The position numbers and the translations under genes are program-made. A model generated the notes under the pieces. It ran no database searches. It was given only the letters and a program-made list of their open reading frames with translations, and had not been told where the DNA came from. Positions 58,554-64,000 of a stretch of 64,000 bases of DNA are shown here, in pieces. This DNA comes from a virus: positions 1 to 64,000 of the IMG/VR virus record IMGVR_UViG_3300045049_000079; one strand, given 5' to 3'. Positions within the stretch are counted from its first letter, which is position 1. Each line of letters begins with the position of its first letter.

Positions 58554-58948
58554 TGACTAAACTGGCTACTCGTGGCAATAAACTCTCGGGCGTACTGGCC
58601 TTTGAAGAAATGCCGGACAAAGGTGTCTGCCGCCGTGCTGTGACTGTTACCGTTGCGGCCGGTATGGATGTTGGAGCTGTTCTGCAATTTGACGGTACGA
58701 GCAAATATAAATGGGTTGCTAACGCTGACGTTGCAACACTGAATTCTGACGTTGTTGTGCTGATTGAGAGCGTGCTGGATGTCCCGTCGCTGACTCCCGG
58801 CGATTACACACTGGTGGTTCTGCGCACCGGGCATGCTGGCGTTGTGGATAAAGGTTTGCTTTATAAGGATACCGTCACTTCGGCTAACCAAGCTATCGTT
58901 CAAGCAGCCCTTAAAGCTAAAAATATTCACGTCCGTACTGGCGTCTAA
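58553..58948 (+). CDS. head decoration protein
   Basis: 131 aa immediately before the major capsid gene; gpD-like position and size. Confidence 0.75.
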   Translation: MTKLATRGNKLSGVLAFEEMPDKGVCRRAVTVTVAAGMDVGAVLQFDGTSKYKWVANADVATLNSDVVVLIESVLDVPSLTPGDYTLVVLRTGHAGVVDKGLLYKDTVTSANQAIVQAALKAKNIHVRTGV

Positions 58949-58967
58949 TAAATAAAGGAACACTCTC

Positions 58968-60020
58968 ATGAGCATGACTATTCGCGACTACTTCTCGTCG
59001 TTTAAAAACGCGGACTTCGTTGATTCGATTTCGCAAATCCCCCTGCAAGCTGGCTACATTAATAGCCAAAATCTGTTCTCGACTAAATCGACAAACCAAC
59101 TGGCTGTCGTTTTTGATCGCGATTACGCAAACATCACCCTGCTCCCGCAAGTGAATCGTGGTGCAAAAGCATCTACGGATAACCATGAGCGCAAAGTAGA
59201 TACCTTCGCTTTGAAACTGGCATACTTCAAGCACGAAGATCGCCTGACGAACGAAGATATCCAAAGCTGGCGTGCTCCGGGCTCGACCGATTCGGAAACG
59301 TATGGCCGTGCTACCGCAGAGAAAATGACCGACATGGCGCGTGCATGGCAGCAGACTCAAGAGTATATGAAGCTGCGCGCTCTGCAAGGTCAATTCAAGA
59401 CGCCCGATGGTGTTGTTGTTGCCGATATGTACAATGAATTCGGTATCACGCAGCAAACCATTGACTTCACTCTTGGCACTTCGACCACAAACGTTGACTC
59501 GGTTATTCGTCAACTGAAAAAGGCGGTTGCAACCAACGTTATGAACGGTGGCGCAATCGGTGGTGTTAAGGTTCTTGTCGATGCTACATTCTTTGATAAG
59601 CTTATCAGCCACCCGGCCATCAAGAACGCCTACCAGTTCTTCATGGCTAACGGTGCTGGCAACCAAGCACTGCGTGACGACCTGACGACCTACGAACAGT
59701 GGGGCATCATGGACCACTTCACGCACCGTGGTATCACGTTCGTGTCGTATGACTTCACGTTCAATCTGCCAAACGGCACTACTGAACTGGCATTTGCTGA
59801 CAGCACTGGCATCGCGTATGCTGACGGTGTTCGTGACCTGTTCCGTGGCTACTGCGGACCTTCGGCAAAACTTAGTGAGGCCAATCAACCCGGCCAAGAA
59901 ATCTTCGTCCGCAATTACGTCGATCCGAAGGATGAGTATGTTGAGTTTGAAATGGAAGCATCGCCGCTCTATTTCTGCACCCGTCCGGCATCGTTGATTA
60001 AAGTTGTGTCGAGCAACTAA
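58968..60020 (+). CDS. major capsid protein (gpE-like)
   Basis: 350 aa; EYMKLRALQG, DMYNEFGITQ, FFDKLISHP, SPLYFCTRP motifs. Confidence 0.92.
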   Translation: MSMTIRDYFSSFKNADFVDSISQIPLQAGYINSQNLFSTKSTNQLAVVFDRDYANITLLPQVNRGAKASTDNHERKVDTFALKLAYFKHEDRLTNEDIQSWRAPGSTDSETYGRATAEKMTDMARAWQQTQEYMKLRALQGQFKTPDGVVVADMYNEFGITQQTIDFTLGTSTTNVDSVIRQLKKAVATNVMNGGAIGGVKVLVDATFFDKLISHPAIKNAYQFFMANGAGNQALRDDLTTYEQWGIMDHFTHRGITFVSYDFTFNLPNGTTELAFADSTGIAYADGVRDLFRGYCGPSAKLSEANQPGQEIFVRNYVDPKDEYVEFEMEASPLYFCTRPASLIKVVSSN

Positions 60021-60029
60021 AGAAACATG

Positions 60030-60047
60030 ACCCTCTTCGGAGGGTTT
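60030..60047 (+). terminator. terminator/stabilising hairpin after the capsid gene
   Basis: ACCCTC-TTCG-GAGGGT-TT. Confidence 0.7.
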
Positions 60048-60116
60048 AAATTTCTTGACTTTGTGAGCTTCTTATTGTACAATAGTAATATTGAGGCTCA
60101 CAATATAAGGGAATTT

Positions 60117-61037
60117 ATGACTAAGGCTCTAACCCAGGAAGAGTTTATCAAGAAGGCGAAGATGGTTCACGGAGACGCCTATTCATATGATAAAACAAAT
60201 TACATCCGCTCTAATCTAAAAATTATTGTTACTTGTCCCAAAGAGGGGCATGGTGATTGGGAAGTAACTCCAAACAATCATTTGAAGAGAAAATGCCCTA
60301 AGTGCGCATGCACCTTCACAAATGCAAAAGAGGCATTCTTGCCAAAAGCAAGTGCACAGTTTGGTGATTTATATGATTATTCAGAGGTTGTCTACACGCG
60401 CTCTACAGAAAAAGTGAAAATCAAGTGTCACGAGCACGGCTTCTTTTATGTCACCCCATCTAACCACTTGAACGGTTTTGGTTGTGCCAAGTGCAGCTAT
60501 GAACGAATGGCTAAGAAAAAGACAAAAAGTCTTGAAGAGTATATCACCGAAGTGCAAGCTGTTCACGGAGATAGGTATGGACTTGACAAGATATCCTACT
60601 CTCACTGCTTTGACAAAGTCACCATCATTTGTCACGAACACGGGGAATTTAGCGCACTGGCGAACTCTTTTCTGCAAGGGCACGGATGCCCTTCTTGCAT
60701 GGAAGGCGGGTTCAATCAGATGAAAGCTGGGTCGTTATACGTGATGACAGATGGAGACATTTGCAAAATTGGCATCACAAACCAATCAGCAGCGATACGT
60801 GCAGAGCACATCAACAAAATGTCGAAATTATCGTTTTCTTCTGTATTTGAGAAGAGGTTTGAAGACGGCTCTGTCCCTTTAAACATCGAGACGATTCTAC
60901 TGCGAGAACTTCGTGCAAAGTATAAATCTATTGAAATGAAATTCAATGGCAGTTCTGAGTGCTTCTACTGCGTAGATATATCTGCTCTCCTGTCCAGAAT
61001 AGAAGAACTAATAAAGGAACTAAATGCCCATTATTGA
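60117..61037 (+). CDS. putative homing endonuclease after the capsid gene
   Basis: Three HG..Y.Y/C..HG.F...C..C repeats plus GF...K.G.LY...KIGITN...F.GSSECF; own promoter TTGACT-17-TACAAT (60055-60083). Confidence 0.8.
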   Translation: MTKALTQEEFIKKAKMVHGDAYSYDKTNYIRSNLKIIVTCPKEGHGDWEVTPNNHLKRKCPKCACTFTNAKEAFLPKASAQFGDLYDYSEVVYTRSTEKVKIKCHEHGFFYVTPSNHLNGFGCAKCSYERMAKKKTKSLEEYITEVQAVHGDRYGLDKISYSHCFDKVTIICHEHGEFSALANSFLQGHGCPSCMEGGFNQMKAGSLYVMTDGDICKIGITNQSAAIRAEHINKMSKLSFSSVFEKRFEDGSVPLNIETILLRELRAKYKSIEMKFNGSSECFYCVDISALLSRIEELIKELNAHY

Positions 61038-61491
61038 TCTTACCTCCCCTGTCGGTAAGCTGCGCTACCGTCTTGGTGATTATCTTGATATCCCACGCCT
61101 TCCTGATGAAGTGTATGAAAGCGCCTTGACGGATACCAACAACAATCTTCGCGCAGCAACAATCTTGTGTGGGCAGTACATTCTTGCTGGGCTTGCATTT
61201 GACACTCAGCAGAAAATGGGCATCGTTGAAGTGTATGGTCAGCAAGCCTTTAACCAATATCTTCAGTTCTTGAAGCTTGTTATCAAAGAGCCGGCTCTTA
61301 ATCACACTTGCCCAATCCCCTACGTTGCTGGTGCAGATGAACTTCATCCTATTCTGCAATTCAAAGAGGACTTCACTAACGCGCAGAATCGCCCAACTTC
61401 AGACGAGCGACTTCACCAAATTGCTATTGGCCCCTTTGATCCTTACAGTGGAGATGTGGCTAATCTTGCACCTCCTGAGATTCCATCATGA
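61024..61491 (+). CDS. head-tail adaptor-like protein
   Basis: LRYRLGD...LPDE.Y motif; position after the capsid gene. Confidence 0.65.
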   Translation: MPIIDLTSPVGKLRYRLGDYLDIPRLPDEVYESALTDTNNNLRAATILCGQYILAGLAFDTQQKMGIVEVYGQQAFNQYLQFLKLVIKEPALNHTCPIPYVAGADELHPILQFKEDFTNAQNRPTSDERLHQIAIGPFDPYSGDVANLAPPEIPS

Positions 61492-61886
61492 TTACAGGAT
61501 TTGACAGGGTTGTTGCCAATATGGTGAATAAATTCGGCACAACGGCATACGTTAGTGTAGCCGTCTCTGAAGTTTATGACCCACTCACATCGGAAAACGT
61601 CGTCACTTATCAGGACTACCCCGTCAACGCAATGTTGTTCGATTACGTGCGTAAGAATGAAGGTGAGGGTGAAGCACAAAACACTCTCATCAGAACAGGT
61701 GACAAACAAGTGTACATTCAGCCTCCGCAGAAGACTGATATTGGCCTAGCACTGCCTCACCTCTCTGCAAATAGGGACTTCTTCAAGATTAATGACAAGA
61801 TTTATAAGATTGTCACAGTGAAGCAATTGAACCCGTCGCAGCAACAAGTTAACTGCATTTTGTACGAACTGTACATCCGTGAATAA
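61488..61886 (+). CDS. head closure/completion protein
   Basis: YDP.T.E...LIRTGDKQVY...YKIVTVK..NP...LYELYIR. Confidence 0.7.
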   Translation: MITGFDRVVANMVNKFGTTAYVSVAVSEVYDPLTSENVVTYQDYPVNAMLFDYVRKNEGEGEAQNTLIRTGDKQVYIQPPQKTDIGLALPHLSANRDFFKINDKIYKIVTVKQLNPSQQQVNCILYELYIRE

Positions 61887-61909
61887 ACAACAAATTAAAG
61901 GAAATAGAA

Positions 61910-62353
61910 ATGGCTGCTTGGACAGATTACGCTGAAAATAAAATTGTTGACGCGGTGTTCCGTGGTCAACCTCTTAACGCACCTGCAACATTCTATGCTG
62001 CGTTGCTCACCACTGCTGACAACGACGCTGGTACGGCCCGTGTGGAAGTGTCTGGTGGCTCCTACGCTCGTGTAGCTATTACTTCCTCGCTTGCTAACTG
62101 GGCTGGCACGCAAGGCGCTGGTACGACGGTTGCTTCGACAGGCGCTTCGGGAACTACTTCTAATAACATCGCTATTCAATTCCCAGCACCCACAGCTAAC
62201 TGGGGTACGGTTGTCGGTATGAGCCTTTTTGATGCTGCAACAGGTGGCAATGAATGGGTGTACGGAGCACTTGCAACGCCTAAAACTATCAACAGTGGCG
62301 ATGGCGCCCCTTCGTTCACAATTGGCTCGCTGTCGATTCAAATTGATAACTAA
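61910..62353 (+). CDS. virion structural protein
   Basis: EVSGGSYARV...FPAPTANWGTV...LFDAATGGN...L motif of small phage structural proteins. Confidence 0.7.
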   Translation: MAAWTDYAENKIVDAVFRGQPLNAPATFYAALLTTADNDAGTARVEVSGGSYARVAITSSLANWAGTQGAGTTVASTGASGTTSNNIAIQFPAPTANWGTVVGMSLFDAATGGNEWVYGALATPKTINSGDGAPSFTIGSLSIQIDN

Positions 62354-62363
62354 GAGGTGATCC

Positions 62364-64000
62364 ATGCAATTCTATGATCGCCTAAAGTTTACTACAACAG
62401 GTACAAGCGCTGCAAGTCTTTCTGACGGTACTGCTGTGCTTGGTTGCCGGAACATTGCTAAGGTTATTACTGACACTGCTGGGCAAGTTAATGCCCTTCT
62501 GGTCACTGCACAAAACGTCCCCTTTACGATTGAAGACGGTACAGGTAAGTGGGAAGATTCGTTGTTTAATCTTGGTGGTACTGCTGCTTCCCCTACTTTG
62601 ACGCGCGTTCAGGTGTTGGCAAGTTCTGCTGGCGGCACAACGCCTGAGACATTTACGGGCGCAACGCTGACAGTGTTCAACACGGTGCCGGGCAAGATTC
62701 TTTCCTGCATCCCTGTTGATAGCTTTCCTACGACATTTTCTACGACCGTTCCGCTGACGCAAATCGGCACGGCTCACATGCCTCGCTACACAGTGGCAGG
62801 CAATTTGACATTCACTGCTGCTGCCAATGCTGTGCGCGGAGCGTTTGCAGAATACCCGATGATTTCGGATGGTGCAAGCACGCTTGTTATGTCTAACTTT
62901 GTTGAGCATGAAAGTTCAACAGGAGTCCCCACAGCAGCCGGTGTTCCGTTCACTCTGATGTTCTGGAATGATGGCTATACATATTGGTGGAGCGGCAGCA
63001 AAGCTGCATACCAAGGCACCGACACGATTGCTCCGGTTATGGCTGGTACGCTGTCGTCGTCAGCAATTACTACTTCTGGATTCACTCTCTCGTGGTCTGC
63101 TGCGAGCGATAACGTTGCTGTTACTGGCTATGAAGTTAGCACTAACGGCGGCTCGACCTATACAAACGTTGGTGGCGTTCTTACGTGGACCGCTACGGGA
63201 CTTACGGCAAATACAGCATACTCGTGCGCAGTCCGTGCATACGACGCTGCCAATAATAAAGCAGCCCCGATCACTGCCACAGTGACAACTGCGCAGGTTG
63301 CGGATAGTACACCGCCTGTTATGACAGGTTCGTTGAGTACAAGCAGCATCAATCAGAGTGGATTTACTGTAAGCTGGTCTGCTGCAACTGACAACGTTGG
63401 TGTCACAGGCTATGAAGTTAGCGTCAATGGTGGTTCGAGCTACACTGACGTTGGCAACGTTCTGACGGTTACGGAAACAAATCTGGCAGCAGGAACAACG
63501 TATCAAATTGCAGTTCGTGCATATGATGCTGCAAACAACAAAGCTACTCCGCTGACGACAAGTGTAACTACTTCCGCTGCCACTGCTCCGAATGCCCCTA
63601 CTATTGGTGCAGCATCGCCGGGTGACACTCAAGCAACTGTCACGTGGACGGCACCTACTAACAATGGCGGTAGTGCGATTACTGGATACACAATTACGTC
63701 CACGCCGGGCAACATCACTGCTACAGCAGCAGCCGGAGCAACTTCTGGCACTGTCACTGGCCTAACTAACGGAACATCTTACACGTTCACTGTCCACGCA
63801 ACTAACGCAATTGGTAACTCGCCTGAATCGGCGGCATCCAACAGTGTTACTCCCGCAGCGGCTGCAACGAACGTCCGCCTTAATCGTGTGATTCAAAACT
63901 GTACTGAATCGTCCGGTACACCGTGGAAGTACACCGGTGCAGGCGGAAGCGGCACAGACGGTACGGTTGGTGCAGTGTCGATGGTGAGTAAACCTAGCGG
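62364..64000 (+). CDS. virion surface protein with three fibronectin type III domains (runs off window end)
   Basis: Hand-translated, not in ORF track: MQFYDRLKF...; SWSAASDNVAVTGYEV...VRAYDAANN twice; TWTAPTNNGGSAITGY...GLTNGTSYTFTVHATNAIG. Confidence 0.85.
   Translation, partial: MQFYDRLKFTTTGTSAASLSDGTAVLGCRNIAKVITDTAGQVNALLVTAQNVPFTIEDGTGKWEDSLFNLGGTAASPTLTRVQVLASSAGGTTPETFTGATLTVFNTVPGKILSCIPVDSFPTTFSTTVPLTQIGTAHMPRYTVAGNLTFTAAANAVRGAFAEYPMISDGASTLVMSNFVEHESSTGVPTAAGVPFTLMFWNDGYTYWWSGSKAAYQGTDTIAPVMAGTLSSSAITTSGFTLSWSAASDNVAVTGYEVSTNGGSTYTNVGGVLTWTATGLTANTAYSCAVRAYDAANNKAAPITATVTTAQVADSTPPVMTGSLSTSSINQSGFTVSWSAATDNVGVTGYEVSVNGGSSYTDVGNVLTVTETNLAAGTTYQIAVRAYDAANNKATPLTTSVTTSAATAPNAPTIGAASPGDTQATVTWTAPTNNGGSAITGYTITSTPGNITATAAAGATSGTVTGLTNGTSYTFTVHATNAIGNSPESAASNSVTPAAAATNVRLNRVIQNCTESSGTPWKYTGAGGSGTDGTVGAVSMVSKPS

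Noticed and set aside
1-64000. Stop-codon reassignment
   Set aside because: Core genes are intact in the standard code and no suppressor tRNA is present (Leu anticodon UAG reads CUA).

Overview
A 64-kb segment of a lytic, tailed dsDNA phage genome whose gene order resembles Felix O1/rV5/PAK_P1-type phages. The host is not determinable; a Burkholderiales-like TPR protein and four U34 tRNAs hint at a GC-rich betaproteobacterium. Layout: (1) 1-26.2 kb, minus strand, replication and nucleotide metabolism (DsbA/GapR-like, glutaredoxin, NrdB, HNH, NrdA, dUTPase, DEDD exonuclease, 5'-3' exonuclease, SSB-like, family A polymerase, primase-helicase, ThyX, SleB-like hydrolase). (2) 26.3-43.6 kb, mostly plus-strand small early genes behind many near-consensus sigma70 promoters, with long non-coding blocks at 27.6-28.3 and 43.6-44.4 kb (possible long terminal repeat) and two antisense nuclease islands. 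(3) 44.4-51.1 kb, minus strand (serine recombinase, permuted SLOG, HD nucleotidase, ClpP-like, PhoH, PcfJ-like). (4) 51.2-64 kb, plus strand: candidate structured RNAs, four tRNAs, TerL, portal, S49 protease, scaffold, decoration, major capsid, head completion and an FN3 protein. Most notable: two free-standing truncated terminase-ATPase look-alikes (candidate decoys for terminase-sensing immunity), a primase lacking its zinc domain plus an unannotated stand-alone Cys4 ORF, a pseudoknotted ncRNA heading the tRNA operon, a PEP-CTERM-like/TPR envelope module, and an antisense HTH/GIY-YIG island with 17-bp repeats. All assignments are by eye from motifs; no database searches were run.
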